Positions 30,076 through 46,220 of a DNA stretch of 64,000 nt are shown here, piece by piece. Within the stretch, counting starts at the first letter, position 1, and each line of letters starts with the position of its first letter. A program made the position numbers and the translations under genes. The notes under the pieces were generated by a model. It ran no database searches and was not told the DNA's origin. It saw only the letters and a program-made list of their open reading frames with translations. Where the stretch lies: assembly GCA_964016885.1 (NCBI GenBank), contig OZ024751.1:35712001-35776000 (forward strand), given 5' to 3'. Origin of the DNA: Eledone cirrhosa. Its lineage: Eukaryota.

Positions 30076-30919
30076 TACCTTTTACATACATAGACGCTGA
30101 TCTTTTATTTTTAATTGGCAGGGAAATTTGCTTTGAAATCACCGATTTCGCCTGTATCTTTCAATAAGTCTATCGAAATAGCTAAAAAAAACTAACCCAC
30201 CCCAAACAGAAAACAAAACAAAATCAACATAAATACACAAACAAACAAACATACATAGAAACAAACAAACCAACAAACAAGAGAATCATCTGATTGTGGC
30301 GGTAGAAAGCAACAACAAACCACTACTTTATCAACAGTATTTCTTATGAAAAAACCACGAGAAAGAAAAATGAGGAGAAAGAAAGAAAAAATCTTTATCA
30401 TTTATCAAGGTGAATAGAATTCCTTTATTGAAAAACAAACGTGAAAAGGTCCTTGCAGGAACCTTTTGGTAACGTTATAACATAGAAATGGTTTTTATGA
30501 GATAAAATAGATATCAAACTATAAGAAAGAAGAGCAACCGTTATTGGATAAAATATAATTTGTTAATAATAATGACATTAGTAACTTTAGTGACTTTAAA
30601 GATATTTACTTGTATTTTCTAAGGTTATCTATTCATTAGAAGTGATTTCATGAAAAAACCTACAAAATATAACTAGAATGGAGTCGGTTGTCGGTTTGCT
30701 ATATTTCATAACGGAAGTTGGTGTTCTGTGTTGGTATTGAAAATAATATTTCTAGATTGAATAACATTTATAAAGGAGAAAGGTTTCTGTTTTTTTTTTT
30801 TTTTGGACCAGATATACTCGAGAATGTAATACAACTTAGAAAATGATATCTTATATGGTTGAATATGAGATTTATTTTACGACTTTAGGGGAGGTTACTT
30901 TATATGTAATAAGGATAGT

Positions 30920-31136
30920 TTATGATTTAGGCACCAGGTCAACAATTTTGGAGGGAGAAGGAAAAATCGATTAAATCGAACCCAGTGTGTTACTGATACT
31001 TTATTCTATCAATCACGTAAGGATGAAAGGCAAAGCTAACCTCGGCGGGATTTGAACTCAGAACGTCAAGGGACGTAACTATATGCTGCATAGCATGTTG
31101 TCCAACGCTCTACCGATCCTGGCAATCCACTGCCAT
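30920..31136 (-). mobile_element. Second tRNA-derived SINE family, near full length
   Basis: Conserved GTAAGGATGAAAGGCAAAG.TAACCTCGGCGGGATTTGAACTCAGAA (B box on the minus strand). Confidence 0.8.
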
Positions 31137-31375
31137 TAGTTTATAAGTAATAATAGATTTGAAATAAGTTATCACGTGAAACATAGTGAAAACACCTACT
31201 TAAGGAAAGTTTTTCTTATGAATGAAACAGTTCTTGTCCTGTAGAAGTCATCTCTATAATAAAACAAAGGTTCCTATACACTACTAACGTATTGAGTACC
31301 TTATTTAAATCTGGTCTCTCTCCAATATACACCGGGAATTCACCTATTATACACGCACACACACACACGTATATA

Positions 31376-31432
<57 letters not shown>

Positions 31433-31539
31433 CTTCTACAGGATTTTCCTTCTATATCAAGCGTGAAACTAATATATTTCTTCATTGTACTGTGTCGTTT
31501 ACTTTATTGTTTCTGTTTACTTTTTGCATACAAGCACAT

Positions 31540-31618
<79 letters not shown>

Positions 31619-32034
31619 TGTATATATACGCACACACACACATACACATATATATACATATACACGTACACACGCACACGCACACACACACACACGCACA
31701 CACACACACACACAAATATATATATATATACACATACATACAGTGTAGTGCAAGTTAAGTGTTTTGGAAGAAAAAAAGCTGCATTTACTGAATAATGTAT
31801 CAGTGTGAAAAAATAATATTTAGCGTTACTTACACCTGGTCTCAATATGTCGTATCGTTTGACTAGGAACTTCTCCTTAGTATCACATAATAGACGTAAT
31901 CAATTTTCTTCGAAAATTAGACACCGAACACATAAACCAAACTAATTCTTTTAACTGATAAGACGTAGGACGCATGACAATAAAATAGAAAAATAGAAAA
32001 CAAAATGGAAGATTATATCCGGAAATATAGAAGC

Positions 32035-32194
<160 letters not shown>

Positions 32195-32195
32195 A

Positions 32196-32325
<130 letters not shown>

Positions 32326-32526
32326 GAGTTAACTTTTACCGAGCTTTTGCTATATAGATGTTGGAAAAATATCAATGTCTGGTGCTTTTTTATTTCAGCT
32401 TTTGCCGTTGGTTAAATTGTTGTAGAACTGTTGAGGAAGAGCTCCCATTGCGATCTTGTTAAGCCCTTTCTCTGATAACGGAGAAAAGGATAAACGTTAT
32501 ACATACATACATACATATATATATAT

Positions 32527-32718
32527 ATAGGAACAAGTAAGACCCCGACGGCTGAGCTCAAGCCGTTTCGACGGCTAATTCTGTACTGAATTAGCCGTCG
32601 AAACGGCTTGAGCTCAGCCGTCGGGGTCTTACTTGTTCCTATTACCCACTCTAATACCCTAAGTATTGAGTACTTTGGTGCGTTATGGTCCACCTGGTTC
32701 CTTACCACATTTCCTTCG

Positions 32719-32720
<2 letters not shown>
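32527..32720 (+). mobile_element. Short fold-back element (family A) in (TA)n, carrying the 3' half of a hammerhead
   Basis: 55-bp perfect arms 32527-32581/32588-32642, containing GAAA-CGGCT tgagctc AGCCG-TC-GGGGTC. Homologous to 43421-43578 and 56916-57101. Confidence 0.8.
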
Positions 32721-32776
<56 letters not shown>

Positions 32777-32889
32777 AATAAACGTGTTCTCACAGATAAG
32801 CAGTCCAATAAAAATGAATACATAAATATATACATGATAAGCAGTCTAACATTTACATAAATATACACCTACACACGAAATCTAGCAGT

Positions 32890-33100
32890 GTTATAACATC
32901 CGGTCACTTCTTTCTCCAAGTTTGAGTCACAATATTGAAATAAGGTATTCAATACATTAGCAGAAGAGGTACCATATTCATTTCATTTCGAAACAATTTC
33001 TACAGGAGAAGAATTGTTTCATTTGTTTGATATCAGGAATGACTTGTTGATTTCAAACGCATGAAACAGTTTTACTCCTGTAGAAGTTGTTTCTAAATTA
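32890..33100 (-). mobile_element. Old fold-back relic of the 23111/31220/47710 HHR family
   Basis: Imperfect arms about 32990-33035/33045-33095 containing GAAACAG...CTGTAGAAG, plus the AAGGTATTCAATACATTAG motif. Confidence 0.6.
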
Positions 33101-33256
33101 GCAAACCACATTCGAAGACACGTGTTTCACCGGAGAGATTTTCAACTCGCGAAACACGTAGCTTGCTAATTTGTTATGGAACTAACTCTCTACCGAACTC
33201 GTCCTTTGGACTGAGTGCTCTACCAACTTCGGATATAAGCTCCCAGTTTTTTTACC

Positions 33257-33320
<64 letters not shown>

Positions 33321-33811
33321 TATATACATATATATATGTATGTTGTAATATCTACGAGAAATGACTAAAAGACAATCTTAAAAAGCAAGGGTCAATAGGT
33401 AAAAAGAATGACCACCCGACATATTACGTATTCAATCTGTAAGTGGCACAAGGAAAATATGTAAGATTATTCTAAAGTCATGTAAAGTCTTCACAGTTGT
33501 TGCTATGTAAATTATGTTAGAAATGAACTCTTTCATATATCTGGAGAATTCAAATATAAATGAGGAAAAGGTTAACAAAGATACATTATTCGATATATAA
33601 CTACATTCTTATATACTTACATAGTTTCCTACCTACCTATTCTACACACACACACACACACGCACCCCCCCACACACGCACACACACCCACACACACCCA
33701 CACACACAAATATATATATATACACATATATCCACACACACCTGCAGGCATAGGTAAACACTATATACATACATATATGAATACATACGCACACATACAT
33801 ATATGCACACA

Positions 33812-33869
<58 letters not shown>

Positions 33870-34187
33870 CATACACACACATAAATATATACATACACAC
33901 ATATATATATATACATACACACATATATAAATACATATCTATTTTTTCACAAAGGTAAAGAAATCGATATTTCCATCTATGTCTTGTAAAAATGATCGTG
34001 TTTAGAAATCAATAAATGCATGTTAACACACACACACACACACACACACAATCATTTTCACATACATACACAAACTGTCTCTGACACATCCACATGCATC
34101 CGCACCCCCCCAACCACTTATACACATACACATACATCTCTCACTTACACTCACACAATCCCGCACCCCACACACGCACATACATAC

Positions 34188-34296
<109 letters not shown>

Positions 34297-34336
34297 TATA
34301 CATATATACATATATATATACATATATATATGTATA

Positions 34337-34370
<34 letters not shown>

Positions 34371-34410
34371 CAAATATACATATATATATATATACATATA
34401 TATATGTATA

Positions 34411-35170
<760 letters not shown>

Positions 35171-35288
35171 CATATATATATATGTATATATATATATATA
35201 AATATATAGTCACACATACGCATACACCTACACACACACCTACATCCAACCAGACACACACTACATATGAAGCAACTCACCTATATAT

Positions 35289-35380
<92 letters not shown>

Positions 35381-35474
35381 TCACATACATATATATATAG
35401 AGACCCACATCCAACCAGACACACACTACATATGAAGCAACTCACCTATTTATATACATACACATATATATATA

Positions 35475-35690
35475 GTGAAGGCGTGTGGCTGAGTGGTTAG
35501 AGTATTGGATTCACAATCGTGAGGTTGTGAGTTCGATTCCTGAACCAGGAGATGCGTTATGTCCTTGAGCAAGACACTTTATTTCACGTTGCTCCTTCTA
35601 CCTGGAGTTGCGACCGATAGATAGTATTAGCAATTGGAAAGACCAACGGAAACATAGTTTCCTCGGTCCGATTTGACGAAAGTCGATCGA
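35475..35690 (+). mobile_element. tRNA-derived CORE-type SINE
   Basis: A box TGGCTGAGTGG (35486), B box GTTCGATTCC (35531), CORE-like TGTCCTTGAGCAAGACACTT. Copies at 40371-40560 (+) and 2235-2315 (-). Confidence 0.8.
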
Positions 35691-36219
35691 CTAGAATATA
35701 TATATATATATACATACATACATATATATATATATACATATACACATATACATATATATATATACACACATTCATATACATACATATATATAGAGACCCA
35801 CATTCAACCAGACACACGCCTGCACCCACACAAACGCCTACATGCCAATACATGTAAAGTCAATGAGCACAAAGTAATATAAGGTTTCTTTATATTTAGC
35901 CTGAATATGTGTCGGTTCCCCTCCACTTATGGTAGAGGCTTTCAAGATGGCCAGATTGTTCCACAGCTTTACATTCTTACTAGCTTCTTATATCGCTTTC
36001 TTCATTTTTATGCATGAATAAACATAATTGAATGTAACAATTTCATTGCATTATATATATAGATAGATATATGCATGAATGTATGTTTGTGTTTGTATGT
36101 ATGTGAATATATATATATAAATATGTGTATATATAAATGTGTATATATAAAAATACATGATATATATATATAGACACACGCACACACACATATACATATA
36201 CACATTCATATCTACATCT

Positions 36220-36286
<67 letters not shown>

Positions 36287-36478
36287 GTATAGGATTATCC
36301 AAGATGCAGTGATGGTTAATTACTACACTGGATATGGTTGACGTACGGTAAGAGGTTACTCTACGAGTTATGGAAGAATTGTTCAAGAAACTTAGTTCCT
36401 GATCCTTCAGTATTCCGGAGTGTATATAAAGAATGAATAATAACAGGTAGACATCATAAAAAGGTAGTTTATTCCGTG

Positions 36479-36590
36479 TGCTTACAAGTGTTTCCACGGT
36501 GGTACTGCAGCCTAGTTCCGCTACGTGCAAATTTACAAGTATTTGCAGAACTCGAATATCCAATGCTGTGACCACTGTTTCCTCAGAGCA
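36479..36590 (-). ncRNA. Type I hammerhead in the PLE terminal repeat, very long stem II
   Basis: Minus strand TGCT-CTGAGGA-aACaGTGGT...ACCACcGTg-GAAA-CA CT TG-TA-AGCA. Two mismatches at the base of stem II. Confidence 0.75.
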
Positions 36591-37083
36591 GAATGGTAAA
36601 TATACAATGCAAAAACCCTTAAGTGGGGTTGTTGGGGAAGATAGAGTGGAACAGGAAGAGAGAAAAGTAGGGAAGATGGAGAGAGAAGGAAAGATATGCA
36701 GGGGTTGGAGAAGTAGGAGAGAGTGGCTTGTAGATATCTTAATCAAAATGTTATGGTAGGGGTTTTATTAGTTACTTTTGGAGAGATGCGTAGATAGTTG
36801 AGGTCGGAATTATTTATTGCCCCAGAGGTCAAGTTCATAGATGTTGAGAGGGAGGTAGGTCAAAGGTGAGAGAGAGAGAGTGTAATGGATGTAGAGAGAG
36901 ATATATAGGTAGAGAGGGGACAGATAAAGTATATGTGGTGAGTGAACTTTTGGTTTTGTAGTAGTAATCTAGGAATTGTACTGAGTTACCATGTATAGTG
37001 ATAAGCAGTGTATTGTCTTGTAGTGTGGGGGAGAAGAGAAGGTTGTTAGCTAGAAAGTGGTGTTGTAGTTACGGGTTCGAATG

Positions 37084-37550
37084 TTAAGTTATTTTATAGT
37101 GAGAGAATTTAGCTTTTAGTTTGTGGTTGCAGTATAATGATCGTTCAATTCTATCGTTAAGTAGTTTGTTTTTGGATTTTAGTATGTAAAATAGCTCAAG
37201 GTTACATAACCTGCAGTACTTCAAACCACTCCGATATGCATTTGCGCTGGAAAGTATATCCCATTTTAAGGTGAACTGTTGGTTGTGTTCACGGAGTTGC
37301 CAGGTCTTGTTGGCGAGCGTGGTCACAAAACGGTGATTCTGATGTTTGATTGAGAATCGATGACGGTACCAGCGAGATTTAAACGATGTGGTGGTAGATC
37401 CGATATAATACCATTTCTGGTCGTCCGATTCAACCGTGCATTGGTAAACAATGTTGGACTTTAGGCATTCATTCTGCAATGGACATCTTTCAGGTAGATG
37501 GCAGTTACATGCTTTGTTGTGGGTAGCGGGTATACCATGGATAGGTTGTG
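37084..37550 (-). pseudogene. C-terminal GIY-YIG endonuclease domain of the PLE ORF (RT lost by truncation)
   Basis: CNCHLPERCPLQNECL linker, NIVY...YYIGST, FKSRWYRH, LKWDIL, CRLCNLE, LLNDR.E...CNH. The first ~16 aa of track ORF 37084..37599 come from the inverted repeat. Confidence 0.88.
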
Positions 37551-37646
37551 ATAGCGGAACTAGGCTGCAGTACCACCGTGGAAACACTTGTAAGCACACG
37601 GAATAAACTACCTTTTTATGATGTCTACCTGTTATTATTCATTCTT

Positions 37647-37744
<98 letters not shown>

Positions 37745-37881
37745 CATATATATATATACATATATATATACATATATATATACATATATATATAATTAAA
37801 AGCATTGTATATTGAAGTAGGTAGCCATAGATTCGCTATAAAAGTTGATTGGATTCAGTTATTTTTGTACGATGAGGCGTC

Positions 37882-37926
<45 letters not shown>

Positions 37927-37983
37927 TATATAACGGCTATATATATACACACATATATATACACACACACATATATATATCGG

Positions 37984-38036
<53 letters not shown>

Positions 38037-38218
38037 CACACATATATATTGGCTATATATACACACATATATATTGGCTATATATACACACATATATATT
38101 GGCTATATATACACATATATATATTGGTTATATATACACATATATATATTGGCTATATACACACACACACACGCACACATACACACATACACACATACAC
38201 ACACACATACACACACAT

Positions 38219-38250
<32 letters not shown>

Positions 38251-38477
38251 TCATACATATACACATATATATTGGCTATAAACGTAAAGCAATCGAATTA
38301 TTATGGCCAGTGAATTTATGGCTTTTAAAAGCATCTGACCGTTACAGCCCGTGGGTGGGAATAGCAGGAGTTACGTTATGACTCTGCGAAAGCTCCCCAC
38401 CACCAAACTCTGTATTTCAAGGTTATTTATTTAATGCTATGAGTGGCCTCATTTTCTCACCAGCTGATACATAGATC

Positions 38478-38567
<90 letters not shown>

Positions 38568-38609
38568 ATGTGTGTGTATATGTTTGTGTGTGTGTATATG
38601 TGTGTGTGT

Positions 38610-38656
<47 letters not shown>

Positions 38657-38726
38657 TATATGTGTGTGTGTGTATGTGTGTGTGTGTGTGTATGTGTTAC
38701 TACCGTTAGTAGATATATAATAGGTA

Positions 38727-38760
<34 letters not shown>

Positions 38761-38805
38761 GTGTGTGTGTGTATGTGTTACTACCGTTAGTAGATATATA
38801 ATAGG

Positions 38806-38899
<94 letters not shown>

Positions 38900-38932
38900 A
38901 TGTGTTACTACCGTTAGTAGATATATAATAGG

Positions 38933-38984
<52 letters not shown>

Positions 38985-39659
38985 CTGTGTGTGTGTGCAT
39001 GTGTGAGTTACTATCACTAGGAGACATTTTGTGGCTTTTACTAAAACAAGGGAAAATATTGCTGTTATCGTTATTATTATATAAAGGGCTGTGAATTGAA
39101 AGAATCGGTAGAGCGTCGGACAACAGAATCTAAAACAGTTTTCTTTCAGGTGTTTGGATTAACAGAAATGTTGGACTAAATACCTGGTGGCGCAAGGGTC
39201 GGCTGAAAAGTTCATAAGCTGATCAAGTCCCTGGAAAGAAACAATTCAGATATTAATAAAAAGTTTTGAAATTAATGCAAGATTTCTCAGCTTTAGCATA
39301 TAATTGTTTCTACTTTAGGTACAAGGCCAGCAATTACCCAGTGCATTACTGGTACTTTATTTTATCGACCCCGTGAATCTTTGTTATATATTCTATATTT
39401 TGCTTATTGATTTATTTATTTAATTATTTATTTCTGTACATATCTAGGGTTCAATGAAGGGTCAAGGAATTCATGCAGGGGTTGAGGTCTAAAAAGTTTA
39501 GGGGACCCCTGATCTAGTTTCTCTATCTACACATATTTCTATTCTATTGGGGTGTGATGAAGGGGGTTAAGGATGAAGGGGTTGATGGCTTAGAAAAGTT
39601 TAGGGATCCCCGATCTCTACAGACTCATATCAAAAGGGGCATGCTACATATATATATAT

Positions 39660-39805
39660 GATGGGTTTCCATATAGCCTCCGTCTAAACTCACTCAACCC
39701 GATGTTATAGCAAAAGACATCTGCCCAAGACGGCACGCAGTGAAAGCGAACTCGAAATCTCTTCGTTACGAAGCAAACTACTTCCCCACACAGCCATTCC
39801 TGCGT
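39660..39805 (-). mobile_element. Diverged tRNA-derived SINE
   Basis: GACATCTGCCCAAG (CORE-like), GCGAACTC (B-box-like) and CACACAGCCATTCCTGCG (A-box end) in reverse order. Confidence 0.55.
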
Positions 39806-39920
39806 TAGTTCTCGCTTTACATTTAATAAACTGTACGATTTTATTTCTTTTATTAAACTAAAAAGATTTGGGCTAATATATTTTATATTTTCATTCCAAC
39901 ATTTTCTCTGTTATTTACAG

Positions 39921-39938
39921 AGATTACAACCAACGTAG
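39921..39938 (+). other. Candidate 18-nt microexon
   Basis: Branch-like GGCTAAT at about 39871, pyrimidine tract ending TTTACAG, exon AGATTACAACCAACGTAG, donor GTAAGC. Confidence 0.5.
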
Positions 39939-40370
39939 GTAAGCACCAGCATGTTATTATTGATCCTCAATAGATCTATTTAGCTATCGATCTATGCTTT
40001 TCAGATGCCTCTCTTGACGTTTGGCGATTTATATTATTTCTTTTCGATTTCTTTTCGCCATTTTCCGCCTCTAAAGTTGCTTTCGATCTCTTCAAACAGT
40101 TTCTTGGTTTCTAAAGAAGAGAAATGACTGCACCACTTCCGGTTATTTCAATAACGATGTCGCTGCCTTTCACACATTTCTATGCTCTGTATGCCACTGA
40201 TCATTATTTCTACAGGCAAACAGCTCAATTAAAGCCACCCACAACACCTGAAGTATTATCAGAATTAATCTCCAAATCACACCAAAAATGAATGATATAT
40301 CGTCATATAAGTATTGAAGAGAGATAACTAATAGTAGCAGTATTTGTATTAATATTCGTAATATTAATAT

Positions 40371-40560
40371 TAGTGGTTAGAGAGTTGGCTTAGCAATCGT
40401 GAGATTGTGAGTTGGATTCCTGAACCAGGTGATGTGTTATATCCTTGAGAAAGATACTTTATTTCATGTTGCTCTTTCTGCTAGAAGTTGCGACTGGTAG
40501 AAATTATTATAAATGGAAAGACCAATTGAAACATTGTTCCGTTGGTTCAAGTTGACCAGT
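40371..40560 (+). mobile_element. tRNA-derived CORE-type SINE, diverged copy
   Basis: Colinear with 35490-35680. Confidence 0.75.
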
Positions 40561-41409
40561 TTAACCCCAACTCGGTAGTAAATGAGGTCTGGGATCGTGT
40601 TGATCGTTAAAGAAGAAGTAGTAGTAGCAGTAGTTGTTATTGATGTGTCTGTCGTCATAGTAAAAGTTGTGATAATCGCCATTCCCGCCTTTCAGCTCGT
40701 AGTAATTCTAAATTTAAATGCGTTTATTTTAGTTCGACTTTCATTTTTTACAAACGAAGAAACCTCTACATGTCCTCACATGATGCTAGAAATAACAGTC
40801 AGATCTTCCTTAATTACATCCTATTGTCTTAAAAAGAAACGATATATTGGATAATGTAGTTTACAGTATACTATTACAGAAAAACAAACGAGATGGTCAG
40901 GGATAGAACGCCGTGCAGTCTACAATATCAAGGTTGATTTAGAACTAGACTACAGCAGCAGCAACAACAACAACAATTACTGCAACAACTAAAACAACAA
41001 CAACGATAAATGTAGTTAATAAGGCTTAAATACCAGTAATATATTGAGCTGTTTTAGTCAACGTTTTTTAAAAATATTATCTCCATTATAGAACCCACAG
41101 ATAATATATTGTCTATTTGCGACAGTCAGTTGAAGTGAAGTGTATAGGATGAAGAATTCTGACTCAACACAAGGAAACCCTCAACAGATTTGACTTATGA
41201 ACTAATAATACAATCTCTAAGACACTAGATAGATACTATTGTTATATACTTTCTATACTGTCGTGGTCTCGTGGCTAATTAAGACACCTATATAGTTAGT
41301 ATGTATTGAATGGCGACTTATTAGTGAACTAAATTCATAATCTCACTCTAATTCCCAGTTGTGGCAATTTCGCTTAATTTATATTGTAAGAAAAAATAGA
41401 AAAAAAACA

Positions 41410-41925
41410 TTCGTTGGAAATGAATGAAGCTCTCGACCTCCTCTATCTTCTTTGTATATTTATATAAAACAGTGATAACTAACTCTGTACCAACCATTCA
41501 CTATATCTTCTCCCCTATTGTCAGGTAGTTCAGACTTCCAGAGACCCACAAAAACATCTATGGGAAAGGAATGAAGCTCTCAAACTCCCGTGTCTTCTCT
41601 GTAGATTTATATGAAACACCAATAACTTACTATATGTACCTACCACACACTGTATCTCCTCACTATCGTCAGGTAGTCCAGACTCCAAGAGACCCACAAA
41701 AACATCTGTGGGAAAGGAATGAAGGTCTTAACATCCTGTGTCCTCTACTCTATAGAGGTATATCAGACATTGATAAATAACAACCACAATCACTAATAAC
41801 TATCTATATGTACCTACCTCTACCACACACTGTATCTCCTCCTCCTCCTCCTCCTCCTCCTCCTCCTCATCCTCCTCCACCACCACCACCACCACCACCA
41901 CCACTGTCAGGTAGTCCAAGTCCAG
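41410..41925. repeat. Degenerate tandem triplication, about 150-170 bp
   Basis: GTCAGGTAGT(T/C)CAG at 41520, 41668 and 41906. GAGACCCACAAAAACATCT.TGGGAAAGGAATGAAG occurs twice. Confidence 0.8.
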
Positions 41926-42448
41926 ACTTGAAGATACAAAATATAAAAATAAGGAAGAAACGAAAGAAAGACAAGCTGTAAGCCATGATCGGCGTCATCA
42001 CACAGTTGGTTGTTTGATTGATTGATGCTGGAAGTGTACAACCTCGCTGTTAATTAAACACCAGCGAGGTGCAATGATGCAGCTACAACAAACAGCAGTT
42101 TTTCTCTCTCTTTCCTTTATTTTTCTTTTATTTCCAAACTTATTTTATATTGTATTTTCTATTGCATTGTAATATTTGTTACTGTTTCGTCGCCATGGGC
42201 TTTGGGGAGCTTCAGCGTGCAAATGGAGAAGTATAGGGTTATTAGGTCAACTATTTTAAAACAATTGATAGCTGCTCAGTCATCCAATGGAACAGAATAA
42301 TAAAACTGGAGAAAAGCAGACGACAGGGAAGAAAACACAACTTAGTCATTCTATATTATCACATTGAACTGAATTAAATTTTACGCGATACATCATCATC
42401 ATCATCATCATCATTTTACGTCCGCTTTTCCCTGCTTGCAAGGGTGCA

Positions 42449-42540
<92 letters not shown>

Positions 42541-42610
42541 TGTACATAACCCGAAGTTTTGAAATGTTAAGCGGTCAGATTATCTCCTGTCTCTCTTTCT
42601 GTCTCTGTTC

Positions 42611-42659
<49 letters not shown>

Positions 42660-43123
42660 CCAATATATATATACACACAGTACGTATGAGTCTCGTATTC
42701 AATCGTGGGTAACACAGTAAGTAAGGGTATTGAATACATTAGTACAGTGTAAATATCAAATTATATATATATATTTATATATAAAGGTTGATGTGCTCAA
42801 GTGAATAGAGGCTATAAAATAACTTATAAAATGTCACTGTACGTTACATTATACGCTTCTTTACAGATACAATTACAAATACAATCCATTAGAGAGGCTT
42901 CCAAACAGCCCCTGTCTACCCAATTTCAGACACATGTCGCGAGTCAGTCCAAAGTTTTAGTAAATGATATTTATACAAAATACCACAAAGAGTGATGGAA
43001 CTCAATACTCAATGACTGTGAATCGCACTTCTTAACCATTCGGCAATTTTACATCTACAACAGTAGAAACAGTAGCTCTTATAATCAGTGTTTAGCTATA
43101 TACTCCTTATTAAGTCAATTTCC

Positions 43124-43156
43124 TGTCAATGTTGCTGATGATAAAAATAATACTGA

Positions 43157-43183
<27 letters not shown>
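43124..43183 (+). ncRNA. Degenerate hammerhead (core intact, stems II and III weak)
   Basis: TGTCAATGttg-CTGATGA-taaaaataatact-GAAA-tagattgccagttg-TC-TCATTGACA. Confidence 0.45.
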
Positions 43184-43754
<571 letters not shown>

Positions 43755-44185
43755 AGTAAGGTAAATATGCCCTTTGGCAGCCATCTTGTTAACCATAGGC
43801 AGATCTCACACAATGCAGCCTCGACAGATGAATACTGCTTGATTATGGCTGACAACTGATGCAACCAAGACACCATAGTAAAAACCAATATATGGAACAT
43901 TATATTATGTAACATTCTCTCATTATTTAAATTTATATTCCTTTGAAGTTCCGATGAGCCGCTCTGTCTTTTAAATATGTTAATTATTTTCAACTGAACC
44001 AGATCAATTATGATATATAGTCATCTGATCCAGAAATATTATATGGAGTAGCGAAACAATTGTAAACGGACATTATTATTATTATTATTATTATTCTCTA
44101 CATTCCTTACATCAAACTAAAATATGTTGACAATCTTTTAATAATATCTTCCTTGTGGTCTTGCCTTGCTTAACTAATGAATATA

Positions 44186-44248
<63 letters not shown>

Positions 44249-44434
44249 CCAGAAGAAAACGATATCAGTTTTACATATTTATTTCGTTTCATGTGTTTCA
44301 CCAGTGATCTTGTTGAAACCAGTCTCAATTACATGTCATTACGTAACAGTAGGGTTCAACTTCTTACGTTACAACGTAATTGAGATCAGTTTTGAGCCTG
44401 ATCACTGATGAAACAAACGTAACAGAATAACCGT

Positions 44435-44498
<64 letters not shown>

Positions 44499-44499
44499 C

Positions 44500-44570
<71 letters not shown>

Positions 44571-44645
44571 TATACATACATACACGCCCACCCACATATA
44601 TGTATATATATATATAAAAATATACATATATATACATGTACACCC

Positions 44646-44682
<37 letters not shown>

Positions 44683-44683
44683 A

Positions 44684-44732
<49 letters not shown>

Positions 44733-44769
44733 CATACGTACACATACACATATATACACACACACACAG

Positions 44770-44810
<41 letters not shown>

Positions 44811-44841
44811 CACACAGATACACGCACAGACACACACACAC

Positions 44842-44929
<88 letters not shown>

Positions 44930-45306
44930 CAGACATTAATTTCGGCACTGGGAGCTGCAATTATCAACAATTCATTCACCAATCAACCAGGAATGGAATC
45001 ACAGAGATTCTATTGTTGTTACATTGGAAGAATGAAGCCAAATATTTGATAACACATTTTGTCAGTTTATTAGCGAAGTTCACTGTCGCTTGTTGTTTAT
45101 ATAATATATATTTATATAACAACAACAACTGCCATGACAACAACAGCGTTGTTGTCAGCATCACCAATATCAGCATCATCATCATCACCATCACCAACAA
45201 TCTCATCATCATCACCATCACCATCAATCTCATCATCATCACCATCATCATCACCATCACCACCAATATCATCATCATCATCTTCAGCATCACCATCACC
45301 ACCAAT

Positions 45307-45367
<61 letters not shown>

Positions 45368-45750
45368 CCATCATCATCATCTTCAGCATCATCATCATCA
45401 ACAACACCAACAGCAGCAAAGAGCAGCAATGTCAAGAAATGCAAACACAACAACAACTACAACAACAAAAAGCAATAGGAAACGAAAACAAATATAAACA
45501 AATACATAAATACAAACAACAAAAGGAAGCAATAAATAATTAACGATGGTTTCATTAGCAACAACAACAACAACAACAACAATTATGATAATAATAACAA
45601 CAATAACAATAATAATAACCATAACAACAACAACAACAACAACATCAACAAAGGAGACAATTATTTAATATAATTTTGTTGTTATTTCTGCAGGAAATCT
45701 GATTTGAATAATATAGAATAATGAGCATAATTAATAAACACCCATTTTAT

Positions 45751-45833
<83 letters not shown>

Positions 45834-46220
45834 AATATATACCTATACACACACACAGATACATATATATATATATATATTTACACATACACACATATAT
45901 ATATATATACACACACACATATATATATATATAAATATATATATATACAGGTATACACACACATATACATTTAGAGATACACACACATATATATATATAC
46001 ACACACACATATATACAGAGAAACATATACATACACAAAGATATACATACACACACATCAATATACATGCAAACGTATATTCATATTATACATACATACC
46101 TATATACACATGTATACACAAACCCTATATACACATTAAACAAACTTAAACATAAACCCAACATGCCTATATATGAAATATATGCCTGTGATTGTATAAA
46201 CATATAATATAATATAATAT

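Larger units (their letters stand above)
36285..37650 (-). mobile_element. 5'-truncated Penelope-like retroelement with inverted partial pLTR, inserted in (TA)n
   Basis: GIY-YIG ORF end, then a C/T-rich 3' UTR, an HHR and a terminus at 36285. 37552-37650 is the reverse complement of 36423-36523. Confidence 0.9.

Noticed and set aside
35475-35550. tRNA gene
   Set aside because: A and B boxes are present but continue into a SINE body found elsewhere in the window.
40030-40125. Minus-strand acceptor then ETKKLFEEIESNFRGGKWRKEIEKK-stop; similar short candidates near 16230 and 57220
   Set aside because: Short and unrecognised; cannot be told from chance without transcript data.
44285-44436. Imperfect inverted repeat with CTGATGA/CTGGTGA
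   Set aside because: Possibly an old fold-back relic, but no credible stem II or III, so it is not called.
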